From Fimicolochytrium jonesii (Eukaryota), in assembly GCF_025526975.1 (NCBI RefSeq), contig NW_026515699.1, forward strand, positions 1 to 64,000: a stretch of DNA of 64,000 nucleotides, read 5' to 3'. This document shows positions 38,313 to 50,869 of the stretch, piece by piece. A model generated the notes under the pieces. It saw only the letters and a program-made list of their open reading frames with translations, had not been told where the DNA came from and did not search any database. How positions within the stretch are numbered: position 1 is the stretch's first letter; each line of letters begins with the position of its first letter. The position numbers and the translations under genes are program-made.

Positions 38313-41300
38313 GCCGCCTTTGTCAGAAACAGTTCCCCGCTTACTCGTAGGAGCCACTCTGCTCTGTTGGTAGCGTATGTGTCCCCTCCTGCGACGATGA
38401 CAAGACCGGGGGTGGACGGGAGGTGTCCGTCCTAACGAGTCGGCGGGTGGGTTAGGCGTTGGAGATATGACGTGATCATGTCCTGCCGGTCGACTTAGGG
38501 AGTGGTATAGTTCCCGCTGCTCTGGTCCAGCTCGCCGGGAACGAGGGGGGCCTTTTTTCAGCGATTCCGCGGATGTTCGGCGACCTACCCTCCTGTGCAC
38601 CCTCCTGTGCTTGCCCGCCCCCACCCAGCCCCTTCCGAATCGTCGTCGGCGTCGGCGCACCCCTCCCCGACGCGGTCTCACGACTCTCACCCGTGAGCTT
38701 CTCTACAGCAGCCCCCACGGCCCCGCACGCCAACACCCTCCCGATATCCAAAACCGCCCATCTCCGCACCCCGTACGGCATCCACGCCCGGCCTGACATT
38801 CACGGCGAGAACAGCGACGTATGCGACCGCACATGTGTCCACCATCTCGCGGCGGTCGCTTCCCTTTTTTCCGGACGCGCGGGATCTGCCTCGTGATCAG
38901 CGCAACCCGCAAGAATCATTTCAAACGCGTATGTGGCCAGGGTTGCGAGTACGGTCACCGTCCCCTGGGTATCGCCAGTGGGAGTGGGTATCCACACCGG
39001 CCACCGCGACACATGCCTCGTGGTGGATCCGAGGGGTGTGGATGGTCCGCCCCACCAGTTTCGTGAACACCGACCACGGCCATACGCGACGATGTAGAAC
39101 ACGACGGAGGAGCGACCACCCCCGGCCGTGACATTTCCACCCTTGTACAGTACGTGCGATGAGGCACGCGAGACCGGTGGGTTGGCCCAGCGTGTGTGTG
39201 TGTGGGACGGTTCGCTGCGCGTGTGTTCGGGTCGGGTCGCGCAACGGGGGATCGCGGCGATCACCACCAAGGCATGCACGGACGCGGGGAGCGGGAGGGA
39301 GGGATACGGTTCCCCCCCGAACATTTGACCCCGGGCGGCCGCGGCGTTCCCGAGCGCGGCGTACCTCCGACACCCGGGGCTCGCACGCTTTGGGCAGATC
39401 GACACGTCGGCCAGCACCCCTTTCGCGCTCGTTTACGATGTTGCGGCGCCGGAGGGGGTGCCGTTGGGGACGACGATGCATGCGGTGAGGATGGGTTGTC
39501 GGGGGGCCTGGCCTGTGCATGTGTCGCTTGGAGCTAGCGGAGACGTATCCGATCCTCCCCGTCAGCGTCCCGGTGAAGGGCGCATTCGCCGCCTCCCACG
39601 CCGAGGGTGGCCATCACGCACTTCGACGCGGTTGTTGTTTGTAAGGTCGCTTTTGGCGGTCGTGCGGGAGTCCGTGGCCGCGTACCGGATGGAGGCGGTG
39701 TCCGTGCAGGATGTGGAGGAGAGGGGGGCGATGGAGAGGCCGCGGAGGGTGGCGGGAGAGGCGCAGGAGGTTGTTATGAGGAGGAGGCTGTGGGGCTGGA
39801 GGGATATGGTTGGCGATGTGGATGTGGGACGTGGACGTGGGTTTGGGTGTCGAAGATGAGGGCGATGATGTACAGCAGAAGATGAAGGGCTTGAGAAAGT
39901 CGGCGACGCGGCACACGAGGGCTGGTACCCGTTCGGGTTCTTGAGCCACCACCACACATCATTATTGCCCTGCGTCGGTGCGGCGGCGGTGGCGGCGGCG
40001 GACGGGGACGGCGAGGTGTCCACGCCCGCGTTGGGGTCCCCCCACCATGCCCTCCGGCTCCTCGGCCACGGTCTGTTCTCTACAGCGATTGCCATGTGGC
40101 GGTCGGCAGCGTTGCGGGGTAGACGGCGGTTGCTGTCCCGCACAAGTCCCATCGATTCGTGTAGGAGTCCCATGTTGCATTGGGGGCCGTGGACGTGGGA
40201 GCGCACGTTTCCCCACCCGTCGGCGGAGAAGGAACGCGCATGTCTGCCGGAGCTGGGTCAGCGTTCCTGAACACAACACTGATTGGCCCGTCGAACACAT
40301 TACAGACGTTTGCTGCCTGTGCAGTTCACCGCGAAATCTCTTCCCCCCCCCCCCCCCCCCCCCCCTCCCCCCGCAGAAGCGGGAGTTCTAGGAACGTTTG
40401 GGTAAAATGGGTTCCATTCGTTGGCTTTGCTGGTGTATGCTTCCGGGCCTGCGATATCCTTTAATATCGCACGACTCCCAGCCACGCTCCGTCTTCACCA
40501 CCACCATCCGTTTCGCCTATGTACGGCTGACCAAAGCCTCTCGACGGTCCTGCCATCGAATCTATGTTTCCGCCCCCCACTACGTTAGCCACATTGCATG
40601 GGCATTGACGGGTTTGGTTGCGAAAACCTGAGCAGATGCGGCAAGCGGTGGGGCTGGCTGTTTCTTGAAGCTGAGGTTCATACGCAAGGACCAGTGCAGA
40701 CCTCCTTAGCACTGGCGTGTCCAATGTACTCGTCATGCGTGTCCTATATCGGGCAGCGTTGTCGGTGTCACGGCTGTGGGTGGTAAGCCATGATGGGGAG
40801 GATCCACGGTGGCCGAGGGTTTGGGGCGGCCACACCATGTTCTTCCAGCACGGAGAGGGGTAGCATCGCCACGCTAGATGTACTGGAAGACAACGCCGAT
40901 GGTGATTTGGAAGTCGAGGAAATCATCCCGCCACTACGGAACATAAGCGCCTATGGGCGACACGGGAGTGGATTAAGACCATTTTACAAGGAGCTCCCAC
41001 ATGCGCCGCTTTCATAATTCAAAAGCGTGCTTCAACGTGGAATGTTGCCGATGAAGATCCGGAAACTTCACGGCTTCTGATGGCGGTGCGTTTGCTGCGC
41101 TTGGCGCACTGACAGTCGTGATGGTCAAGTCTGCATTGGTTTCGTGAAGCACTCATTCGGAAGCACTCATAAAGGACACAGCTGCGCAAAGTTCCAAAGT
41201 TGCCGTGCATTCGACTTGCGGCCTAACATTTATGTGACCAGGAGTTGATGCTGATTGATCCCCAAGGGTGGGCACCGATGTTGCAAGCTGTTCGGTTGTT

Positions 41301-41392
41301 ACTTTGAGAGCCACTTCGACGATTTGGGACGTGGCCGGACATACACATAACCCCACTGTTCCATACCCCGTCAGTCCGTCCCTCCGCATAGA

Positions 41393-42811
41393 ATGACCGG
41401 CACAAAGAAAGGTGCACGGCGCCGCAAACGAGCAGCCGCAGCTCGCTCAAGGCGCTCCAACACCCACACCCGGCGCGAGCATTACGACGACGATGACGAC
41501 GACACCCTCTACAACGACACAACCACAACCGAGCAACACAGGCGAGGAAATGCTTGGACGAAGGGAATAGGGGTGGTTGGGGAGGAGGGCGCTGCGGGGC
41601 GACACGCATTACGGTTGAACCCGGCACAGAAGGCCCGAGAAATCACCGCGGCATTACGGACGGGCGATCTAACAACTCTCCGCCAACTAGCCCTTTCCCA
41701 AGGCGGATTCTTGAACGACCAATTACGGCGGAAGGCATGGCCGGCGCTACTCACTGCCGTCGACGGGACGAATAGCGACACACCATCACGATCCCCACCG
41801 CGCGACGCCCCCCAAGTCGCCCTAGACGTCATCCGCTCCCTCACCCATCTCATCCCCCCTCACTTCTCAACCACCCACCAAATCCAGATGCGCGCGCACC
41901 TCTCCCATACCATCCTCTCCGTCCTTGCGCAGTACCCCTACCTGCACTATTACCAAGGCTACCACGACGTTGCGTCCACGATCCTGCTCACCCTCGGGCC
42001 AACACCCAAAACGATCCGCTGCCTCGAAACAATCTCACTCTTTCACTTGCGCGATTTCATGGCGCCCACATTACAGCCCGCCCTGCAGCATCTCTCCCTC
42101 CTCCTCCCGCTCCTGCGTTGATCCGCGCCGGACGTCCATGCGTTCTTGGCACAGGATGTGGAGGGCTTCACTCCCTGGTTCTGTCTTTCCTGGGTCCTCA
42201 CCTGGTTCACCCACGACCTCGCAGACTCCTCACATACCATTGCACCGCGCCTCCTCAACTTCTTCCTCGCCTCCAACCTGCTCATGCCGCTCTATCTCGT
42301 CGCGGCAACCGTCATCTCCCGCCGCGCGGACCTGTTTGCTCTTCCTGATCCCGATTACGCGATCGTGCATCATTTCTTGTCTAGTTGCGCGCGCTTCAGC
42401 AACCTAGACCATGTCGAAGAGCTGATTCACGCGGCAGGAGAGATGTGCGCGCGCTTCCCGCCCCCGACGCTGCAGGGGGATGTCGCTGCGGTACGGTTAC
42501 CCCCGACGTCGTGTGTGGAGCGCTGGGATGTCGATGTAGTTCCCTTTTGGGAGCCCACAACAACAACAACAAAACGCAAACCCCGCCACCTAACCCCCGG
42601 CGAATGCATGGCCCAGCTAACCGCCTATACCACCGCTCACCAGCATAATCTTTCCACCCAAGCGAGCAGTAAACACACGTTGGGGAAGGTCTTGCGACAT
42701 GTGACACTTGATGGCGCGCGGCAGATGGCGATTGTGGCGGCGATGGCGGGCGCGACGGCTGTGTGCTGGTGGGTGGTAGAGAATGGAGGGGTGGGTTATG
42801 CCGTCGGGTGA
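41393..42811 (+). pseudogene. GYP8: TBC1D20/Gyp8-like Rab-GAP with one in-frame TGA at 42119-42121
   Basis: GGFLNDQLRRKAWP, QVALDVIRS, LHYYQGYHDVAS, LSWVLTWFTHD and a C-terminal TM. The two ORFs are in the same frame, separated only by TGA. Confidence 0.8.
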
Positions 42812-43102
42812 ATTGGGACTCGGAGGATGGTGCCGGAGGATGTCGAGAGCACTGAGGAGGGGGGTTAAACTGATGGTATTGATGCTTCCATTCGGCGTGA
42901 ACAGAGTTTAGGCACTTTCAACGCCTTCCCTCCTTTCCGCCGGCGTCAACCCCCACGCGATTCATGCCCCAATCACACCTTATCGCGGTGCATTGAAACC
43001 AAAAAAAGTTCGCGTGTATTTACAATTCGCACCAGGCGGCGTCCAAACTGTGAGGGGATCTCGGTCTCGCATCGTGTCCCATGACATTGGACCATCAAAA
43101 AA

Positions 43103-44187
43103 CTATCGAGAAACTTCACCACAAAACGCTCCCAACACCACCCTCGCGCCCTCTTTACTCAACGCCTCATTCCCCTCCTTACACCCCGCCCTATGCACAC
43201 ACCCCGGACACCCGTCCTCACATGGACACTCCCTCACAACCACCCACACGCGCCTCAACAGTTCCGGAATATGTCTGAACGCCTTATACACCAACCCGCC
43301 ACCTGTCGTCGTCGGTGTCCTCATCCCGTCATTAGCGGTAGGAACAGCCGACGACAAGTTGTAGATGATCATCCGGGGCACCTGAACCGCCCCGCGCGCG
43401 GATGCTTACAATCCGTCCTGATATCCGTCTGTCCCGTGGTCGGTATCACAACACACGTGGGCAGCAACCCCAACAACGCGTGAGCGGCGGCGTGGACGCT
43501 AAACTCGACATTGATCCCCCGTTCCTTCAAAAAAGTGACGGCCGGGTGGGGAACGTCGACCCAGAACCCCGCGCGATGTTTTGTGATGGGCGGGTTTTCA
43601 AGCCCGTCGACGGCTTCGAGGATTTGTTTGGTCCGCGGGTTGAGCTTGAAGTAGCCGAAGACGGTGGTTTGCAGGCGGAGGAGGCCGTAGTTTACGATCG
43701 TGGGCGGGGGCTGAGTCACTTCATGCGGTGGGGTCTCGGCCTCTGCAGCATCAGCTGCTGGGGTAGATGAGGCTTCCGTAGATGAGGCTTCCGCCTCCGC
43801 AACAACCACCACCTCCCGCGTCTCCGAGATCTGGATCGGATCAACGTCCGTGAAATCCCTATTAGCAGTCACATAGTCCACCGTCGTTGGGCGGACTTTG
43901 GCCAGTTTCTTGTCCGCGTCGACTTCGAATACGATGTAGGACCGGCCTTGTTGGATGAATACCGAGCCTGTGGGGTAAAACCAATGAGACGCGTTGAATT
44001 TGACCAAATTACCAAAGCACACAAGACTTTGGTAATTGAGCAACAACAATTTTAGGGAGACACGCAAAACGCACCTTCGTAAAGCGCGCACGGCACCCTC
44101 GACATCTTCACATCCTCGATATCCCGATGCGTCGTCACGTCAATCACGCGATAATGGTCCTCGTCGATGCTGCGGAGGGAGATCTGA
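43103..44187 (-). pseudogene. HRQ1: Hrq1/MrfA (RecQ4-like helicase) C-terminal region with a DUF1998 Zn-binding domain; helicase core absent
   Basis: ISLRSIDE, YEG|SVFIQQG, VHAAAHALL, DIRTDCKHP and CPCEDGCPGCV...CKEGNEALSKEGA. A 1-nt frameshift lies near 43380. Confidence 0.8.
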
Positions 44188-44362
44188 AAGCTAACCAAAT
44201 GTGTCATTACCATCAAAAGCTTCAAAACATGACGAATCGGTCTCGATTAATTGTTTGTGTCGCTCACATCAAGATGAATAGGGTCGGATCAACACGTAAC
44301 CCCGCTGAGAGTAACTGACGGCACGATCGATCCAGTGCGTGCTTTTCTGGCTGAGATGATTG

Positions 44363-45018
44363 TCATTGCTCTTCCGTCTCCAGTGACCGCTCAGTGCCCG
44401 CAATCCCGTCTTGCTGCTTACTCGTCTTCCACTGTATCGCGTCTATATGCTCCTTCCAATCCCTACTCTCTATCCTCTTGAAGTACTGCGGGTCCAGGGG
44501 TCTATTCCACCGGTAGTAATATACCTGTATTTCTTCTCCTTCCTTCTCCTGAGGGGTCTCTGGTGATGATCGCTTTGCTGCTGCTGCTAATGGTACCGGT
44601 GGCGATGCTAATGTGACTTTTCCCTCTGCACGGATGTACATATTGGAGTTTGACGAGGGTCCGTGGTAACTCTGAAGCTCGTCCAGTTGCATCAAGATGG
44701 ATGTATAGTGTTCTGTGAAAGGGATTACCAGTGTTAGCTCTTGGTCTATTCTCCGCCGAGTGATCTCTCGCGACCAAACGCGCACCTTCAGCAAAGTACA
44801 TCACTTCACCCCGCCTCCGCCGCCTCCGCCTCCTCCCCTCCCCCCGCCTCGACGATGACCGTATACCAGTCGTTTAGGGAATACATATTGTGTCGTTTGA
44901 GGATCGCGCCTCGCACATTGGTAACTTTGTCGGCTAACGAGAAGAGGGAGTGATTGGGGAGGCCGGTGAGGAGGGTGCCGTACACAAAAAGCGGATGGAA
45001 TGCGGTTGGGGAGGGCAT
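44363..45018 (-). CDS. Gamma-glutamylcyclotransferase (AIG2/GGACT-like), frameshifted in a G-rich tract
   Basis: LFVYGTLL.G.PNH motif. GEVMY lies in a shifted frame, followed after a GT-AG intron by LDELQSY...YIR and VYYY. Confidence 0.75.
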
Positions 45019-45789
45019 TGGGCTCGAGGTTAGCGATCCGGCAGTTTGGGTTCTTCGAGGAACGTGGTTCGTTAAGCTTGCTGATGCAAGTGATGAGAGA
45101 ATGGGACTTCAATACCGTGGAAGCCTGGGAACAGTTTTGGGTGAAAGGTTCTTGGCGGAGGTGCCGTCAATTTGCTTAGCGGCACGCTGTCAAAAAGCCA
45201 TTTCGCCAACAAAGCCTGCGGTGAGAAGAACCTTATGTCCGGACGGCTCCCCACGGCTGTTGGGTTGGAGTCAGTTCATCTGCGGTTGCAGGTTCTTGGA
45301 AGGAAAAAAAGACGAAAGCGTCCTGGGATTGTACCGCGGTGGGGATGAGTGTGTACGGGAAGTGGAGTTTAAGGAAGAGGTGGTGGTGTCAATGTTGAGT
45401 AACGGAGGATGGTTACGCCGTATGGGATGGAAGGGAGTGGGGTGGGACGGGATTGATACGTTGGTGGGAAAGGATGGGAGAACGGTGAATTTTGGGGGCA
45501 AGAATGCGACAATGGTTAGGAAGGGGGATGAGGTGAGAATCGAGACCCGGAGGGTGGTGGGTGGGAAAGGAAGGTTGAGGATGTCAAGGCGTAGGACATA
45601 CGTATTCCCTTCTCATTTCGCAAGTGAACCAAACTCTTTCACTTACATATTTTTTCTATCATCACCCAATTCTGTACATCTGTATCCCACTCGCTCTTTC
45701 TTCACAACCAAAAAGGCAGTAATCTCTAATGTGCATGTACAAACGGCTCCCAACTGTATTGGCACATGGGGACATCGTACATTCTTCTA

Positions 45790-46240
45790 TATTGGAATCT
45801 CACTTCCGGGCCGTCTCGTAGTTCTCCAGGAACCATTTCATGGTGGCATCCAGTGTTGTATGATTTCGACATTCAGTTTTTACCTGGACGATGGAATCAT
45901 ATCGCCGCCATGCTTTCTCGCAATCCGATTTATGCACCTCGGTATGTAGATTGTCAACGACGCCTCGACATGCATACGCAGGTTAGTAATACGCTTGCTG
46001 GTGAACCTTTCCTCAACGCTACGACAGACGATCCACAAAACTCACCTACATGCTCAGAAGAAGAATGGAAAAAGGCGCTACGTGAAGATCCGTATTCGGA
46101 TTATCTCGATGAAATCTCACAAAGACCTCAACATGAGAAAACCTCAAGAGAACTACGATATACGTTCGAAAATGGACTCGTACGACATGAAGGACGTTTA
46201 TACGTTCCCGAATCTATTCGCCCAAAGATTTTACGAAAAT
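45790..46240 (+). mobile_element. Ty3/gypsy pol remnant (RNase H end / integrase linker)
   Basis: WW..LYDFDIQFLPGRWNHIAAMLSR and YTFENGLVRHEGRLYVPESIRPKIL. Confidence 0.75.
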
Positions 46241-46321
46241 TCCCTAACCCTAATGGAATTTTGCCAAAGTTAGGGTAAAAAACCTAACTTAGACTAACCC
46301 TAACCCTAACCCCAACCCTAA
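46241..46321. repeat. Degenerate telomere-type CCCTAA/TTAGGG repeats
   Basis: CCCTAACCCTAA, TTAGGG and CTAACCCTAACCCTAACCCCAACCCTAA. Confidence 0.8.
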
Positions 46322-46647
46322 GATGGGAAAAGCGATCCCCGCCGTCTTCGGACAATGTCATCGGAAACCGAAAAAGCGATCCTTCGGACATTCTCATCGG
46401 AATCACCCAAAACCGAACGGCTTTCAGGACGTCGGACTTTCAGGACGCGTCGAATTACATAAGTCAATCTAACCAAATCCGGTTGGCTTGCCAATCGACC
46501 ATCTCCCGACGCGCCTGAATAACTCGCCCACTACCAAAATTCACCGATCATCCTTGCCTCGATCCCAGAATGAAAGGTGAGCCGTTAGATCTTGGACCCA
46601 GCCCAGTGAAAGGACGTGGTCCTGCAGCTATTGAACGTGCGCGGGGT

Positions 46648-47052
46648 ATCGGATCGCTTCTTCTCCTTTGGAGGAAGCGTGATGGCGGACATGAACAGCC
46701 CTGTAACGCCAACAGGGAGGGTGTGTCCGAGGGTATGGCCCCTGACGGGGAAAAACTGATGTGGTCTCGGCTAACCTGGGTGCCCGGTTTTGCAACCCGG
46801 TCCAGGACCCTTGACCAAGGTCTCATACCGGCTGGCGCCGGAGCGCTTTCCCACGTAAGCTCATCGCATCGGATCGCTTCTTGTCTCAGAAAGCGTGATG
46901 GCGGACATGAACATCCCTAACTCGCAATGGGGAGGGTGTGTCCGAGGGTATGGCCCCTGACGGGGAAAAACTGATGTGGTCTCGGCTAACCTGGGTGCCC
47001 GGTTTTGTAACCCGGTCCAGGACCCTTGACCAAGGTCTCATACCGGCTGGCG
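46648..47052. repeat. Two tandem ~190-nt copies of a highly structured element
   Basis: Copies at 46648-46837 and 46868-47052 with near-identical 3' parts and multiple hairpins. Confidence 0.9.
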
Positions 47053-47357
47053 ATGGCGCTTACCTGCGAGGTTGCAGGATGAGAGTCGGTTTTTATTGTT
47101 GAGGAATGGAATGGATGCTAATCATCTCAAACATACTTTTCCTTTGCATTCATACATTGATATTCGTCCCCAACGTATTCATCGCCCATTAAACCGACAT
47201 ACTCTTATCGACGCATCAACCAACCAACCAACCAATTCCTCTGATTCCCCGCCATTCACCTCAATGAACCCTTTACATATGTTTTTGCCACTTGTAAGTG
47301 CAACTGTTTTGGTAATAAGCGTGTTCGAATAAACCACTCCTCCATCGATCATAATCG

Positions 47358-49510
47358 TTGACTTGTCTTGCTCCACTTTTGCTTTTCGGTGATGCCAGCC
47401 GTATTGCAGACACCCATACCCTAACAGAGTACGTCTGGAACAGCATCAAAACTCCGACGTTTACCCTCCGAAAATTCCTTGCGTACGCAAAAATTGAGGA
47501 GGATGATTCGCCGGAGACTGTCCTGATCCAGCTGAAAGAAATGCTGCAGAATATCGAACTCCGCCATCTTCGTACCACCGATTCCGTGGCTTTGAAAAGA
47601 AAAATATTTCACGCTAAAATCATGCTCCTCATAGAGGAGTCAGAAAACGGCAATAATGAGATCTGGAAGGGTTTCTGGGAGGTCCACGAGTCGCGCTTAA
47701 GAAAGAAGGGGACAATGACCAGGCAGGCGGACATTTGGGGAAGAATCTGTGCAGGAGGCACAGCAGGAATCGGCCCGAAAGCTGGGGTCCAAACGAGATA
47801 AGCGTGCCGGCGGGGACGAGGAGGATGAGGAGGGCTCGGCGGCCAAGCGGCGGAAAACTACTGGCAAGGATTCAGTCGACATACAGTCAACGCCAATCAG
47901 CCTCCTGGCCGCCGAAGAGGAATGCGAAAGCAACGACGATGTCAGCGAAGTGGAAGATATCACTGCCACTAGCGAGGGAGTCGCCGGCAATGGTCGCAGC
48001 AACGTCTCTTTTGCTTCAACAGACAATAATCTCATCGATAAGGATCTGGAGATCTCATCAGACGAAGATGAGTTTAACCAACAGCACCGAATCCTGTTCA
48101 CAGAGGCTTATAGCGAGATGGAGCCTAATAACAAATGGATCCTGCGATCCGGCCGCTGCGTCGAAGACGTAATGTACGAGGCTGGCATGAAGTTCAAGTA
48201 CACCAGGTAAATTGAATCTCGCAATATGTTAGAGCTTCCTTGTAAGTCTTACACCGTGTCGTAGCAACATCCATAGTTTCTGCTATGTCAATACCGACCG
48301 AAATATCACGTCGCTATTTACGGACGAAGAGCGAGAAGAGTTAGAAGAAACGAACACGAAATGTGTCCCGCCTTTTACCAAAGGGGGCACCTTCCACAAC
48401 TTCTACAATAAATTCGCCGCCTGTGGCAACGGGGACGCCTTGCGGGACATGCTCTTTAGTGAACAAGAAGAGCTTCAATCTTCTCGAAGCACGGATGAAG
48501 AATTTTGGCATTGTCAGTTGTACCATTCGTTTTTGGTTGACATGTAGGTCAAAACCTGTTTCGTTTGGGTTTCTTTCTTTCACTAATGAACGTGAAGGCT
48601 TCTATTAAGCTCAAAGACCAACAAAATCAGTGAAGACTTATCGGAAGCGTGGCTATTGGCAAATCCGTACCGTGCCCTTCAAATCTTATTTGGCGACAAG
48701 GAGCACATTTTCTTCCTGAGGTGGGAGCACATTTTCTTCCTTGGATTGTCAGTCATGTAGGCGAATGCTCATCATATGTGTTGTGTGCAGCGGCGAGAAG
48801 GGTGGTGTTGCTGTGGCTGATCGAAAGAACATGCAAATGGCATTGCCAGCAATGACGCAGATGGTTAAAAAGTGCGTTGGCAAGAAAGGCGACGGCTACG
48901 TGAGGGCTTTCGACGGCGTAGTCAGAGATCTAGCAGCTACCGAGGCTGGCCTGAAATGGGAAGGGTTCAAGGGAACTAAATTGATGGTGGAGACTGTTAA
49001 AAAGCTCCCAAGAGTCCTGCGGGACATCTTTTCTAGTAACCACAGCCGTGGCGGCTCCCAAGAGACCCTTCTACGCTCCATGGCAGTGCCAGGTCTCGCA
49101 ATATATGGGCCAATGGTCAGCTTACTCCTATTGGATGCCCCAAATGGGTACATCGTGCGGTGCCGAGGCAGTGACTGGAGAGAACTGTCACTGTCAATTT
49201 CACCGGCGGTGATCAAAGCTAACGGCATGATATTCACCATGTTCCTCACAATGCGGGTGGGTATTCTGTTTGAGTTTGTCACTGCTAACAACACGCTAAC
49301 CGGAGACCATCCCTATAGATGCATGTTCTGAGGAACGAAGAGCTGATAGCCCGTGCTGGGGGGGAAGACGAAGAGGAAAATGATCCAGCACTGGAATTGT
49401 TAGCAGCGTTCGGGGGTCGGAAGAAGCGGCGTCCGACGGGACTTGCACTTCCAAAGACGCACCCGACTCCTAGGAAGAAGCGGATGTCTGCCAATGGCAC
49501 CGTCAAATAG
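47358..49510 (+). pseudogene. Multi-exon putative restriction-endonuclease-fold (PD-(D/E)xK, Crinkler-REase-like) protein with a frameshift
   Basis: KWILRSGRCVEDVMY, IHSF...FTDEE, SGE...AVADRKN, GKKGDG...EAG and KLPRVLRDIF resemble expanded basal-fungal REase-like families. Frameshift near 47740. Confidence 0.5.
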
Positions 49511-49648
49511 CATGATGTATCTGATAATCGAGGCTTCGTCGAAGCACGAGCTGCTAGTTCAGCCACTTTGTCGTCCAAATCGCTGTGCCCATATGTGTGG
49601 TGTTTCAGCTTTTCTGCATAATCTGGTGTATGGTAACAAATACGTGTT

Positions 49649-50869
49649 TCAAATTGTAGAATTATTAATGATTGCATTCATGAGTGATAAAGAGGAAGGG
49701 AACTGCCCTGTTTGGTCCATCACTTCCATCTCTAATGAAAGGTCCTTCGCACCTGCCGCATACCACGGAGGGATGTCTTGGAAGACAGTCACCATGCTGA
49801 AGATTGCTCGCTCTGCTCTGGGGCAACCAAGTTGCCTAACCGTCTGAAGGGTGCCAGCACCTGCATCCACCTCGATATAAGTGCATGAGCAATGCTCACG
49901 GTAGTGCTTTTCCAAGTCACCCACGGAAGTCTGTACATGTACTTCACAGAAGAAGCAAGGATACACCTTGAAGCGGCATTCGAGTTCATGAATTTCTCTG
50001 TGCCACGGTAGGAGGACCCTCTCGCAACCCTCAAGATTGTGAAAGAAGCGCCCGCTTTTGCTGATTTCGCATTTCTGCACCCTTGTTTGCATTGAGGACA
50101 AATGTAGTGTGGTCCGTTTGAACACTGCAGAATTGGAAAATCTACATATCCGAAGCATATTTGGCATGTTAAGGAAATCTTTATCGCCCTTTATTTGAAG
50201 AATGATTGATTGGTTTTCTTCTCCGGCAGAAACCGGTTCTTCCTTCATTTTTACTCTTCGTTGGCTATACAATGCCCAGCCGATCCTGCCAAAAATCGAT
50301 AATGCATATACACTGAGGGGATACTGCTTCGCAAAAGCCCGAGTCGTGCTGCGGCGTTGCCGGATCTTTTCGACTCTTCGCTTAAGAAGAGGCCCCTGTA
50401 CATTCTCTGCCAACTTGCGTAGCTGCCGGTTCGCAAAAGAAACCACCAAGCAGTAATGATATCCCATTCCGAATCTCGGGCAGCCTGCAGGGCGTGCGTG
50501 GCCACGTCGTAAAAGGTGTCCAGGAGGAGGGCGTCGTCTTGCAAAACGAAAGGATTGCCCGTTTCCAGCAGGGTCCGGCATGCCATTAGATGCGACTGCG
50601 TAGTGCTCACCATAGCGAGAGTGCAATATGGAAAGGGCATGGATAGTGAATCTGCGTTTTCAACGAGCGCAATCAATTAGGGCTTTGTGGAATCGGACTC
50701 GAGGAACGCGCTGTCGCTTTCTGTCAAGTCGCCGCCCGGATTTCTGTAACGCCCGCTGAGCAAAAAGCGTGAAAGCTTGCACGAGTGATGAAGCGAGAAA
50801 GGGATCCCCTTTTGGCTTTTTGATTCTGCTCTGATCAGGACCATTGGGAAGAGAACCCGCAGCTGCCAT
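49649..50869 (-). CDS. Hypothetical protein with a SIAH/TRAF-type zinc-finger-like segment (fragmented)
   Basis: GCERVLLPWHREIHELECRFKVYPCFFC...DLEKHYREHC. Confidence 0.35.

Noticed and set aside
38320..40300. Many overlapping GC-rich ORFs
   Set aside because: No recognisable domain or consistent exon chain. Possibly a decayed gene, but unsupported.
42119..42121. Selenocysteine recoding of the TGA
   Set aside because: TBC GAPs are not known selenoproteins, the site is not a redox Cys position, and no SECIS was recognised.
44954..45949. 331-aa plus-strand ORF
   Set aside because: Spans the GGCT upstream region and the Ty3 debris, with no coherent protein features.
46740..46830. Hammerhead ribozyme
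   Set aside because: CTGATGT/CTGACGG do not match CUGANGA, and there is no correctly placed GAAA.
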